A stretch of 64,000 nucleotides of DNA from assembly GCA_964509195.1 (NCBI GenBank), contig CAZDWJ010000008.1:61190-125189 (forward strand). The letters are read 5' to 3'. Shown here in pieces: positions 37,854 through 47,922 of this stretch (positions are counted from its first letter, which is position 1; each line of letters begins with the position of its first letter). A program made the translations under genes and the position numbers. The stretch comes from an uncultured Leptospira sp. GTDB taxonomy: Bacteria; Spirochaetota; UBA4802; UB4802. The notes beneath the pieces are model-generated. The model did not search any database and was not told the DNA's origin. It saw only the letters and a program-made list of their open reading frames with translations.

Positions 37854-40700
37854 GTGTATGGGAAACTATCTATTCTATTTTTGATACTTTTTTTTAATGT
37901 TGGGTATGCGATAGCAGCCACGTTCAATGTACTCATCTATCCAACGCCACTAGTATACATACACAATCAATCATATTTTCAGAGAATCATTATACAGGCT
38001 CATCAAGAGTTTGAAGGTGAAATTGTTGCCTGGATGGATGGTGTCAGCACAAAGAAGATAGTTACTACTCCAACAACTAATACAGCTATCGACTGTAAAA
38101 GAAATAGTATCAACTCGCCATCACAATTGAAAATTACTATAAGAAGGAATGATTCTATAGTTGCACAAAAAATCCTGTCAATACCTCCGGTAAAGGAATG
38201 GAAAATCTACTGTGTGCCCTTTGCGCACGTAGACATAGGTTTTACACAATCACAAAAGAATGTCCGCATTCAGAATCTGCGCAATATCGATACACATCTT
38301 TCCTTGTGCCAAAAGACAAAAAACTATCCGCCCGGCTCTCGATTTAAGCTTTTTACGGAAGTGAGCTGGCCTATTATTGAATACCTCAATGACCCGGCAA
38401 CACCTCACAGCAACAAGAATACACTTATTAAAGCATTGAAAAATGGTGATGTTGAGCTGGGTGCTTTTGTCATTTCTCATCAAAATAGGTTTATGAGTAC
38501 TTATGCACTTTTATCATCAGTGCGGCATACACTTACTATCGCACAAAAATACAACGTTGCCGTGAAAACTGCATGTATTCATGATGTCATGGATTTTTCC
38601 AAATTGCCAAAAGTCCTATATGCCAATAATATACCATACTGCCTGATTGGCCCCAATGACTCACGATATATAGTGCCGCCCCTTTTTTATCTAGCATCAC
38701 CTGATGGAAGCGCAAAGGTGCTGGCGTGGCATACCGTTGGGCTTAACGGGTATGGCGAAAATTTTGATTTGAATATGCGTCTTACATTGCCCTTCAAAGA
38801 CGATGATTTTAGCATAATGGAAACCAGCGTTGCACAGCATTTGGCGCAACTTGAAAAAGGATATCCCACAGAAGAAATTTCACGGTATTATGATTATGCA
38901 AACAAACAGTGGAACTATCCCTATGATGCATATCTTTTACCGTATTATCCGTCCCAGGGTGGCGACAATCAGCCTCAGACGATTGTACCTTCAGAAATTG
39001 CAAAGAGATGGAATGCAAAATTTATTAATCCAAAGATAGTCATTGCAACGCCTGCGGATTTCTTTGATTATGTATCAGCTGCGTATGGCGCACAGATTCC
39101 GATTATAAAAGGGGAATTGCCGCCATTCTGGGGTGAACAGATATATTTAGATTTTATTCAGGTTGATCCGCAGCGATTATCAATTAACTACTGGTATGAT
39201 TATGCACACCATTCACGCGGGATACATATGGTACAATCGCTACTTCTTGGTAAGCCTGTTGATATTACATCGTATAGTACACAAAGTCTTGAAGGGTACA
39301 TGGCAATCATACTTAATAATGACCACAATCCCAGACCTGTGCCATTCGGGAAAACGCATTACACAAAGCAGGATGTTCAAGACTGGATGGACACACGCAA
39401 TCAGTGGGTATATGCGCCTTTGAATGTTATGAAGGATGCAAAAGATGTACAGCAAAGCCGTAAGGAAGATGCTTTGTGGACGCTGGTGAACACACAAACA
39501 AATCCTCTAATTCTTGAAAATGCATTCTACCGTATTGCATTTGATAAAACGAAAGGCTGTATTACCAGTATTTTTGATGCACAGCTACAAAAGGAATTGG
39601 TAAACACACAGCACCGCTACGGCTTTAATCAATACGTTATAGGGGTACGGGGTGAAAACACTGGGAAGCGCAATTATTTTGACACCCAGGAAGGATTCAA
39701 ACGCGTCATATCCACGGTATATACAAATCCCAACAACGATTACAAAATAATTGTTAAAGGGTCAGAGCGTTCCTATTACAAGGGTATGGAATTGCTCTCT
39801 GAATTTTTGCATAAAGCATTTGGCATAAAGTTACCACCAACTTTGTTGAAAGTAGCGTATTTTTTCTATCAGCTGTTTACACCATCACTGTCGCTTACAC
39901 AGGAGATTATCATACCTGCTAATGAAAAGCGAATTGATTGTATACAACATTTTGAAGGTACTGCACCTCAAATAGCGGAACATTACTTTGCCTATCCTTT
40001 GGTTTTTGATGAGCTATCGTATGATTCTGGCTTTACGGTTGTAAAATGGAAGAGTCAAGACAATAGCGGTGACCTTATCCCAGCCGCTAAAAATACTGCA
40101 CCATTTAGAAGCATTAACGATACGCTGTATCCATTTCAGTGGATGTACGCAATCCCAACTTCTTTGTATTGTGATGGGTTTGTGTTGCAAAAAGACCGTT
40201 CACACTATGCATTATTTATCACACACAATAGCAAGGCGATAGTTCCAGATAATGATTCAAGTGCATTTTATCACTGTTGCATTGGATGGTCGTTGTGGGG
40301 TACTTTAGGGCTGGGACGCAATTTGCCAGATACTATCGCATTTAAAAGCACTTTTACAAGCTTTACGGCACACACAAAGAATGAAGCGATAGCAACTGCG
40401 TACAAACTTACATTTGATATATCAGGCCACACGAATCAATCGGCTGTAGAGTCACGTAATAGTAATGTGCGTGTTGTATATCTTCAACCTCTTTCAGAAA
40501 AAAGGATTGTTGTTGGTGTTTATGAGCTATCAGGCACGATGCAGTTTACTGAGCTTGTGATAAACACAAAACGTAGGATACTCAAGGCATATCATTCAGA
40601 CATTAATGGAAAAAAAATCAAAGCGCTGCAATTATCAGGAACTTCATTACCATTGAGTCTACATCCACATCAACTATCGTTTATAACATTTGAATTATAA
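37854..40700 (+). CDS. Secreted large glycoside hydrolase, GH38-like N-terminal signature (alpha-mannosidase family?)
   Basis: 948 aa with signal peptide. IYCVPFAHVDIGFT resembles the GH38 N-terminal metal-site motif (hlVpHsHwDreW). The family call is tentative. GTG start with GGAGG RBS. Confidence 0.45.
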   Translation: MYGKLSILFLILFFNVGYAIAATFNVLIYPTPLVYIHNQSYFQRIIIQAHQEFEGEIVAWMDGVSTKKIVTTPTTNTAIDCKRNSINSPSQLKITIRRNDSIVAQKILSIPPVKEWKIYCVPFAHVDIGFTQSQKNVRIQNLRNIDTHLSLCQKTKNYPPGSRFKLFTEVSWPIIEYLNDPATPHSNKNTLIKALKNGDVELGAFVISHQNRFMSTYALLSSVRHTLTIAQKYNVAVKTACIHDVMDFSKLPKVLYANNIPYCLIGPNDSRYIVPPLFYLASPDGSAKVLAWHTVGLNGYGENFDLNMRLTLPFKDDDFSIMETSVAQHLAQLEKGYPTEEISRYYDYANKQWNYPYDAYLLPYYPSQGGDNQPQTIVPSEIAKRWNAKFINPKIVIATPADFFDYVSAAYGAQIPIIKGELPPFWGEQIYLDFIQVDPQRLSINYWYDYAHHSRGIHMVQSLLLGKPVDITSYSTQSLEGYMAIILNNDHNPRPVPFGKTHYTKQDVQDWMDTRNQWVYAPLNVMKDAKDVQQSRKEDALWTLVNTQTNPLILENAFYRIAFDKTKGCITSIFDAQLQKELVNTQHRYGFNQYVIGVRGENTGKRNYFDTQEGFKRVISTVYTNPNNDYKIIVKGSERSYYKGMELLSEFLHKAFGIKLPPTLLKVAYFFYQLFTPSLSLTQEIIIPANEKRIDCIQHFEGTAPQIAEHYFAYPLVFDELSYDSGFTVVKWKSQDNSGDLIPAAKNTAPFRSINDTLYPFQWMYAIPTSLYCDGFVLQKDRSHYALFITHNSKAIVPDNDSSAFYHCCIGWSLWGTLGLGRNLPDTIAFKSTFTSFTAHTKNEAIATAYKLTFDISGHTNQSAVESRNSNVRVVYLQPLSEKRIVVGVYELSGTMQFTELVINTKRRILKAYHSDINGKKIKALQLSGTSLPLSLHPHQLSFITFEL

Positions 40701-40714
40701 AAGGAGGAAAACGT

Positions 40715-41419
40715 ATGGCACCAGCATATTCGCATGACGAAATTATAAAACTTTGTGAGCGATTGGAGAAAACCTACACGCCAGCAGTGTGTGATACGCT
40801 TGATGAGATGGGCTTTATGCATCAGGCAATGTGTTCTGGATTTATGCCCATTATGCCACGCGCTGCTGTTGCAGGGCCTGCATTTACAATGGAAGAAGCA
40901 AAGACACGCAAAAGCACACGATTAAAAGAGTATGATCCGGAATTTGTTGCCAAGGTGCTTGAGGATCTGTTTGGCACCATGCAAAAGGGGCAGGTGGTAG
41001 CAGTGAATACTAATGAATTTTACGGTGCAGGTGCGTGGGGTGAGCTTATGTCAACGACGTGCAAATTTTTTGGCGGCGTAAAAGGCGCTGTGGTTGATGG
41101 GCCAATTCGGGATATTAATCGCATTCTGGAAATTGAGTTTCCTGTGTGGGCACGCGGTAATATCCCCACCGATTCAATAGGAAGGGTTGATCTTGTTGGC
41201 ATTGGTGGTCCTATATGGTGTGGTGGCGTGCGGGTAAATCCCGGTGACATTATTTTTGCCGACTGTGATGGAGTGGTAGTTATTCCAATGAAGGATGTTG
41301 ATTTAAAAGAAGTGGTTGAAAAAGCAGAAGAGGTGGTGCAGGCAGAACGGCGTTCACGCCAGGAGATACGGCAGGGCAAGTCATTGCTTGATGTGTACCG
41401 CAAATATGGAAAGCTGTAA
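40715..41419 (+). CDS. RraA-family protein (4-hydroxy-2-oxoacid aldolase-like)
   Basis: 234 aa with the RraA/MenG-like fold pattern (GAVVDGPIRDINRILEIEFPVWARG) and an AAGGAGG RBS. Confidence 0.7.
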   Translation: MAPAYSHDEIIKLCERLEKTYTPAVCDTLDEMGFMHQAMCSGFMPIMPRAAVAGPAFTMEEAKTRKSTRLKEYDPEFVAKVLEDLFGTMQKGQVVAVNTNEFYGAGAWGELMSTTCKFFGGVKGAVVDGPIRDINRILEIEFPVWARGNIPTDSIGRVDLVGIGGPIWCGGVRVNPGDIIFADCDGVVVIPMKDVDLKEVVEKAEEVVQAERRSRQEIRQGKSLLDVYRKYGKL

Positions 41420-41433
41420 TGTGAGGAAAGGAT

Positions 41434-42405
41434 ATGAAAACAATAGTTGTAACGGGATGTTCAGGGTATCTGGGGCAGCATGTAGTGCAAACGTTACTAC
41501 AGGAACAATATGCAGTCACCGGCATTGATATAAAAGAATCACCGGCACAGGGTCAGAGCAATTTTACGTTTGTCAAAGGCGATATTGTTGATTCTGAATT
41601 TGTGATGAATGCCTGTAAAAATGCTAATGCCGTAGTCCATTGTGCTGCTGCGCTTGCGCAATTTGTCAAAGATGCACAACGCATGCATGATATAAATGTA
41701 ATTGGTACAAAGAATATCATTGGAGCGTGTAAAAAACATGCCATAAAACAATTAGTATTTATCTCATCGGTTGAAGTGTATGGTATTGATGTGCCCGTTC
41801 CCTGTCCTGAGGATGCACCTTTGCGCCCTGTATGTCCATACGGCGAACACAAGGTTGAAGGGGAGCGGATGTGTGCAGAATTAGCCGGGAAAGGCTGTGG
41901 TGTTGCAATCCTCAGACCACCAACAATTAACGGACCCGGGCAAAACGAGCCTTTCCTTGTTGAACAGATGAAAGCTATAAAACAAGGAAAGCCAGTAATT
42001 CTTCCAGGTGGAGGAAAAACACGATTGCAGATGGTGGATGTCCGCGATGTTGCTCAGGCAGTGCTGCTGTCACTCAAAAAAGTTAGCAAAGGAGTACTCA
42101 TTGCAAATATTGCTAGCGATAATGTGCCTACCATCCGCCAGATGGTAAAAGCTCTGTTTAATCATGCAGGAAAGAAAGAAAAGATACTATCTGTACCTGC
42201 ACCTGTAGCACGTGCTATTGTCAAAACCCTTTCATTGTTTGGCATATCACCGCTGGAACCACAACATCTGGAAATAGCACTGCGCGATTATGTGTTTGAT
42301 AATACACGAGCAAAGAAAGAGTTGGGATGGAAACCAACCAAAAATGACATTGAAAGCGCTATTGATGCATATGAGTGGTTTATCCACCACAATCCTTCGA
42401 CGTAG
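41434..42405 (+). CDS. NAD-dependent epimerase/dehydratase (extended SDR)
   Basis: VVTGCSGYLGQHVV Rossmann motif and a YxxxK catalytic region. 323 aa. Confidence 0.8.
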   Translation: MKTIVVTGCSGYLGQHVVQTLLQEQYAVTGIDIKESPAQGQSNFTFVKGDIVDSEFVMNACKNANAVVHCAAALAQFVKDAQRMHDINVIGTKNIIGACKKHAIKQLVFISSVEVYGIDVPVPCPEDAPLRPVCPYGEHKVEGERMCAELAGKGCGVAILRPPTINGPGQNEPFLVEQMKAIKQGKPVILPGGGKTRLQMVDVRDVAQAVLLSLKKVSKGVLIANIASDNVPTIRQMVKALFNHAGKKEKILSVPAPVARAIVKTLSLFGISPLEPQHLEIALRDYVFDNTRAKKELGWKPTKNDIESAIDAYEWFIHHNPST

Positions 42406-42418
42406 CATTGAAAATAAT

Positions 42419-42541
42419 GGAATTAGCTATGAAACAGGGGGTTCCACTGCAAAAATTAGTCACTCATAAATTTAGCATTGATGAAGCTGAAGCGGCATTG
42501 CTACGAAGTGATTACATGAAAGCAGTAATTGTGCCATAAGT
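42419..42541 (+). pseudogene. Relic of the C-terminus of a zinc-dependent alcohol dehydrogenase
   Basis: A 40-codon ORF, MELAMKQGVPLQKLVTHKFSIDEAEAALLRSDYMKAVIVP*, matches the conserved MDR-ADH C-terminal end (..LiTHrfpLeeaeeAf....KvVi). There is no upstream catalytic domain. Confidence 0.4.
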
Positions 42542-42560
42542 ATATTGATGAGGATGAGTC

Positions 42561-43262
42561 ATGAACATTTTTTTTATATTAATTGGACAGGCAACCGTTG
42601 TTATTAACGTAAATGGGATAGTCTTTATGACCGATCCCTGGTGGGGCTCTTTTGAATTTTTGCGTGCAGTCCCATTGTCAATAAATCCAGAGGAAATATC
42701 ACCTCTGCATTATATGCTAGTTTCACATAATCACATTGATCATTGGTGTGAGAGTGCCATCAAACTGGCAAAAGAAAAGGATTGCATGGTTATAGGGTCA
42801 ACAAAATCGGTAAAACGTGCCCGTAAAAAGAGTGTTAAACAATGTAAGGCTCTGACCCCGGGCGATAGTGTTGATTGCAATGGTGTTATGGTGTATGCGG
42901 TTCCAGGATTTCATCCATTTGCAAAGGATGCAATAGGCTTTATCATACAAAAAGGTAATATTACACTGTATTTTTCGGGGGATACGCTGTACACTGAAAA
43001 TTTACTCAAGGCTCTGACCCCATACTCAGTAACTATCGCCATGATACAGGTTGCCTGTTCCACCTACCCACTGGTGGGTAAAGACGGGATGGATTTGGAG
43101 GCGGCATCACGCTTTGTTGCAGATGTAAAACCTGGGATTGTAATACCCATACACTATCAGATAAAGGGAAAGTACCTCACTTACGCGCAGTTACAAAACT
43201 GGAACGTTGATGCACAAAAAATTATTTTGCCCCATGGGAAGGAGTTTCATTTGCAAATATAA
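42561..43262 (+). CDS. MBL-fold metallo-hydrolase
   Basis: HNHIDHW (HxHxDH) motif. 233 aa. Confidence 0.7.
   Translation: MNIFFILIGQATVVINVNGIVFMTDPWWGSFEFLRAVPLSINPEEISPLHYMLVSHNHIDHWCESAIKLAKEKDCMVIGSTKSVKRARKKSVKQCKALTPGDSVDCNGVMVYAVPGFHPFAKDAIGFIIQKGNITLYFSGDTLYTENLLKALTPYSVTIAMIQVACSTYPLVGKDGMDLEAASRFVADVKPGIVIPIHYQIKGKYLTYAQLQNWNVDAQKIILPHGKEFHLQI
43027..43040 (-). repeat. Inverted copy of the 14-mer (CAGTAACTATCGCC) inside the MBL-hydrolase CDS
   Basis: Exact reverse complement of GGCGATAGTTACTG. Confidence 0.65.
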
Positions 43263-43541
43263 GGGAACTTTTAAAAAACCATTTATAAGGTTGTTCCCTT
43301 GTGGGCACAATATATAGGCAAAAACCGCTTTTTTGCTGCTAATTGTAAGGATGAAAGTGGTTTTTAGAGGTGCCCATAATTTCTGGGATTTTAGTGCAAT
43401 TGTTGTAACAAAATGAGAATAGCATGAAAATGTTATATTGATCACTACCAAAAGGAGAAACATCCAGGGTTGTAAAGACTAAATTTTCGATCGCATAATG
43501 ACCTCAAAATGACATTACAAAAAAATATTTTGGAGGAAAGT

Positions 43542-44858
43542 ATGATAGAAAAGCCACCTTCTGGTTTTAACCTCATCAAAGTGTTGGGTCCGGGGCTTGT
43601 GTGGTCGGCAAGTGCAATTGGGGTGTCAGAGCTTGTGTTTGCCACACGTTCTGGCGCGTTATTTGGATATTTGTTGTTATGGGCGCCGATTGTATCTCTT
43701 GTGATGAAGTATGCTATCTTTGAGCTGGTTGGCCGATACACCATTGCAACAGGTCAAAATGTCCTGATTGCATTTGCCCAGGTTGAAATTGATCTAAAAC
43801 TTTTCAAACTAAAAACCGGGTGGGTGATAACACTTTTCTGGATAGTGTTTATTGCAAGTGTTTCAGGAATAGCAGGTATTGCCTTGTCGGTTGGTAGCTG
43901 CATATACGGGCTTGTTCCTGCAATTTCAATGGAGATGGCAACGGTGTGTTCGATAGTAGCTGTTGGAATAATTTTGTATTTAGGAAGTTATGTAACGCTG
44001 GAAAAAATATCACGGGTGCTGGTTTTTGTAATGATACTGTTTTTAGTGTATGCATTAATCGAAACTTCTCCCAATCCAGCTGAGATGGCAGGTGGTCTGC
44101 TACCACGGGCGCCGTTTTACACGTTACGTGAGCTCATTCCGCTTTTAGGGTGGACTGGTGCAGGAGCCATAGGCGTGGTATGGTATTCATTATGGATAGA
44201 AGGCAGTAAACGTGGTAAAGGCGATAACACCATAGATACAGACGAAGACAAGCACAGGATAAAAAAATGGATAACCATTAATCAAATAGATTTAAGCATT
44301 AACACTCTCATCACCGCACTGTTAACAGTATTGTTTTTGATTGCAGGTGCAGTGATATTATACCCCAGAGGTATAGTTCCTAAAGGTGAGCAATTAGGCC
44401 TGCACATATCACAGATTGCAGGGGAGAGCTTTGGCAAAGCAGGCGAGATAATTTTTCTTGTTGGCATCTTTGGCACACTGTTTAGCACATTGCTTGCAAA
44501 TATTGATGGATTATGCCGTGTAGCATCTAACTCTGTGTGGTATAGGCGCAAAAAAGATGGCGATAGCAAGTTGCATTATTATAGACTTTTTGTTTTTGTT
44601 TACGTGATACTCACAGCTCTGTTTGCAGTGGTTTTTCCTGCCCCGGTAATACTATTGCAAATTTCTGCAATCATTGATACAGTTTTTTTGCCACTGGTTA
44701 TTGGTCTTGGTATCTACATCTGCCACACACACCTGCCAGATATCTACCGGCCGGGGAAGACACTTACCATAACTGCAATAGCATCAGCACTTTTTTTTAC
44801 TTTTTTTATTGGACTATTTTTCTGGGCTGTGATAATGAAAGTTAACTTTTCAATGTAA
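43542..44858 (+). CDS. Nramp-fold (MntH-related) transporter with non-canonical binding-site motif
   Basis: GPGLVWSASAIGVSELVFATRSGALFGYLLLW aligns to the MntH segment [32 protein letters not shown], but the DPGN metal-binding motif is replaced by AIGVSE. About 11 TM. ATG at 43542 has a GGAGGAAAG RBS. Confidence 0.55.
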   Translation: MIEKPPSGFNLIKVLGPGLVWSASAIGVSELVFATRSGALFGYLLLWAPIVSLVMKYAIFELVGRYTIATGQNVLIAFAQVEIDLKLFKLKTGWVITLFWIVFIASVSGIAGIALSVGSCIYGLVPAISMEMATVCSIVAVGIILYLGSYVTLEKISRVLVFVMILFLVYALIETSPNPAEMAGGLLPRAPFYTLRELIPLLGWTGAGAIGVVWYSLWIEGSKRGKGDNTIDTDEDKHRIKKWITINQIDLSINTLITALLTVLFLIAGAVILYPRGIVPKGEQLGLHISQIAGESFGKAGEIIFLVGIFGTLFSTLLANIDGLCRVASNSVWYRRKKDGDSKLHYYRLFVFVYVILTALFAVVFPAPVILLQISAIIDTVFLPLVIGLGIYICHTHLPDIYRPGKTLTITAIASALFFTFFIGLFFWAVIMKVNFSM

Positions 44859-44868
44859 GCACGTAAGT

Positions 44869-45891
44869 ATGAATACTGTTATGTTCGATAGCTCAAAATA
44901 TTTTATCTGCTTTGGGGAAGTGCTCCTACGCATGTCACCACCAGATACTCAGCAGTTGATGCAAACAAATGTGTTTCATTCATATTTTGGTGGTGCTGAA
45001 GCCAATTGTGCAGTGTTGCTATCGCAGCTTGGATTAAAAACAAAATTAATTACTGCAATACCTGATAATGACCTTGGGAAGGCTTTAGTGCGATATTTTA
45101 GATCATTTGGTATTGCTATGGATAATGTCATAGTAGTGCAAGATGCACGAGTGGGAGTTTATTTTTATGAAAAAGGCATAGGTGTGCGTCCTTCACGATT
45201 AATATACGACCGGGGTCACAGTGCGTTTGCATTAATACAAAAAGGTGACATCAACTGGGAAGAGGTTTTGAAAGACTGTGGCTGGTTTCATACTACAGGG
45301 ATAACGCTTTCACTATCGCCGGTAATAGTTGAAGAAACACTGAAAGCATGTGACATTGTGAAGAGTACTCACGGCATTGTATCGTTTGACATTAATTATC
45401 GCTCAACATTATGGAAAGATATACAGTTAGCTAAAAGTATTATTGGCGAATTTGTAAAAAAAGTAGATGTGTTAATTGGGAATGAAGAACATATAAAGAT
45501 GCTTTTATTGTCGGAGAATGTATCACACTATTATGATATTATAGATTATCTTTTTACAAAGTTTCCCAATTTGAACAGTATATTGCTAACACATCGATAT
45601 GGTACAACCGCTTCTGAGGTTGAAATAGGAGCAGTAGCAGCAACACATGATGCTAGTACAGAATTAAAAATTAGAAAACTGCATAATGTTGTTGACCGGG
45701 TGGGTTCAGGAGACGCGATGGCAGCAGCGTTTATGTACGGATTAATGAGTAGCTACACGTTAGAATACTGTGTTGATTTTGCTATAGCAGCTGGTGGTCT
45801 GGCGCATATGATCGATGGTGATAATTTTATTGTGAGTGCTAACGATATCCTTACAGTAATGAAAGATGCAGGCTGGCAATTAATCCGGTAA
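44869..45891 (+). CDS. kdgK: PfkB-family sugar kinase (2-dehydro-3-deoxygluconokinase-like)
   Basis: C-terminal VDRVGSGDAMAAAFMYGL PfkB signature and an N-terminal GG-motif region. 340 aa. Confidence 0.7.
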   Translation: MNTVMFDSSKYFICFGEVLLRMSPPDTQQLMQTNVFHSYFGGAEANCAVLLSQLGLKTKLITAIPDNDLGKALVRYFRSFGIAMDNVIVVQDARVGVYFYEKGIGVRPSRLIYDRGHSAFALIQKGDINWEEVLKDCGWFHTTGITLSLSPVIVEETLKACDIVKSTHGIVSFDINYRSTLWKDIQLAKSIIGEFVKKVDVLIGNEEHIKMLLLSENVSHYYDIIDYLFTKFPNLNSILLTHRYGTTASEVEIGAVAATHDASTELKIRKLHNVVDRVGSGDAMAAAFMYGLMSSYTLEYCVDFAIAAGGLAHMIDGDNFIVSANDILTVMKDAGWQLIR

Positions 45892-46900
45892 GTGGGGGGG
45901 GTTATGGTATCAAAAAAAAGAAGATACATCATAGCTCTTGTAATCGCAGCATGCATTGTACTGGTGGTAATCTGTAAACCAGTTGATAAAGGAAAACCAT
46001 ATAATGATTACTTTGCTTCACTAAATAAAGAATTAAAAACAAGTGGGATTGCATTACCGTGTATCATAATAGATCTTGACTGAGTAGACCATAATATACA
46101 TCAAATGAACAGTTTACTGAAAGCTCCACTTAATTATCGTATAGTAACAAAATCACTGCCTTCCATAGAGTTGCTGGATTATGTGATGAAAAAAAACCAG
46201 CACTAATAAGCTCATGGAATTTCATCAACCATATCTGTCGCTTATAGTAAAAAAGTATGGTTATAACCTGGATATTCTTTTGGGTAAGCCGTTTCCCATA
46301 CAAAGCGTACAAAAATTTTATAATGATTTTCCAAAGAGTGACTATCAGCAGTTATTTGGTGAATGATATTGCAGCAGGCTCATGTGTGGTTAAACCATCT
46401 ACTTTTGATTTTTTTACTCTTGATACACATATTCCAGCACTATTTATTGCAGCTCCAATTTTGAAAAAAATTAATAGCTATGAGGTGCCATTTCTTGAAC
46501 TGTTTAACTGACTGATAGAGTGATGGGATCCAAACTGCAGGCAAACATATTATACGTATGGTGGTGGGTGGAACGAACTTATAGATTCTCCTGAAGGTGT
46601 TTTTGTAAATGCACTGACTGCAAGCCCTCCCAACGAAAATTTGCTTCCCAATCAGAGTATGCTGAATGGGTCATCGTCAACAAAACTTGAAGTGGGGGAT
46701 TTTGTCTTTTATAGGCCAAAACAGGGGGATGCGTTATTTCATTTCTGAGATATTATCGTTATTAGGAATGGTAAAATCATTGCATCGTGGAAACCATTTC
46801 CTGAAAGATTTTAATTTTACAATATCTTTACAGGGTCTTCATAATTTCTTTATAATTATGAGATTTGTTACAGTTAATAGTTAATTCCTATCAGTTATTG
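45892..46900 (+). pseudogene. Degraded gene for an alanine-racemase-fold PLP enzyme (DSD1/D-threonine-aldolase-like)
   Basis: Pieces in three frames, separated by stops. The first piece, ...LPCIIIDLD / VDHNIHQMNSLLKAPLNYRIVTKSLPSIELLDYVM, resembles the N-terminal alanine-racemase-like barrel (P.lvvDld.l..Ni..m....g..lRph.K.....e.....). The second, DIAAGSCVVKPSTFDFFTLDTHIPALFIAAPIL, is also barrel-like. The third is a C-terminal beta-domain-like piece (GDFVFYRPKQGDALFHF). Confidence 0.35.
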
Positions 46901-47005
46901 GAATACATTTTTTCAATTTCATATCTGTTGTAGTGGTATTGCTTTTAGCAGCAGCATTGGAAAGTGTATTAAAGGAATTTATAAAACAAATAATAGTAAA
47001 TTGCT

Positions 47006-47914
47006 ATGTTAAAAGATACTTTAAAATCAGCACTTAATATCCACAACGTAAGCGACAAAATGGTGAAATATATCTTCGCTGTTGTGGGATTTTTATCTGT
47101 TTCGTTTTTGTTTTTGATCATGATATTCCTCTTCAAGGAAGGTCTTCCAATTTTTAAAACGGTCAGTCTAAAGGATTTCATTTTTGGAACAAGTTGGTAT
47201 CCAACGTCAGAACCTCCAAAATTTGGGACGTTGCCATTGATTGTAGCATCATTATCAGTTACATTTGTTGCTGCTATTTTAGCTGTGCCATTCAGTTTAG
47301 GGATAGCAATCTATTTATCAGAATTGGCACCTGCATTTGTCCGTGAAATCGTCAAGCCAACCATTGAACTTATAGCATCTATTCCATCGGTTATCATTGG
47401 TTTTTTTGGAATGGTTGTTATTGCTCCATTTCTACAGTACCATTTTGATATTGATACTGGGTTGAATCTTTTTAATGCTTCAATCATGCTTGCTTTTATG
47501 GCAATACCAACAATCGCAAGCATATCAGAGGATGCTTTATCATCTGTACCGATATCATTGAAAGAGGCATCATACGCGCTTGGTGCAAACCGTTGGCAGA
47601 CAATTGTGCACATCACTATGCCTGCAGCTCTTTCAGGTATATGGACAGCTATTATACTAGGTATAGCACGAGTTCTTGGCGAAACAATGGTGGTGCTTAT
47701 GGTAGCTGGTGGTGCAACAACATTTCCCACATCGCTGTTTGACCCGGTGAGACCATTGACATCAAATATTGCTGCTGAAATGGCAGAGGCATCATATCGC
47801 AGTGACCATTATTTTGCATTGTTTGCAATAGGCATAATATTGTTTCTGCTTACGATGCTTTTTAATATTATAGCTAACTACCTTTCATTACGATATAAAT
47901 TCAAATATCATTAA
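47006..47914 (+). CDS. pstC: Phosphate ABC transporter permease PstC
   Basis: 302 aa, 6 TM with the EAA-like loop. It is followed by pstA, and PstB/PhoU are found nearby. Confidence 0.85.
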   Translation: MLKDTLKSALNIHNVSDKMVKYIFAVVGFLSVSFLFLIMIFLFKEGLPIFKTVSLKDFIFGTSWYPTSEPPKFGTLPLIVASLSVTFVAAILAVPFSLGIAIYLSELAPAFVREIVKPTIELIASIPSVIIGFFGMVVIAPFLQYHFDIDTGLNLFNASIMLAFMAIPTIASISEDALSSVPISLKEASYALGANRWQTIVHITMPAALSGIWTAIILGIARVLGETMVVLMVAGGATTFPTSLFDPVRPLTSNIAAEMAEASYRSDHYFALFAIGIILFLLTMLFNIIANYLSLRYKFKYH

Positions 47915-47922
47915 AGGAAACT

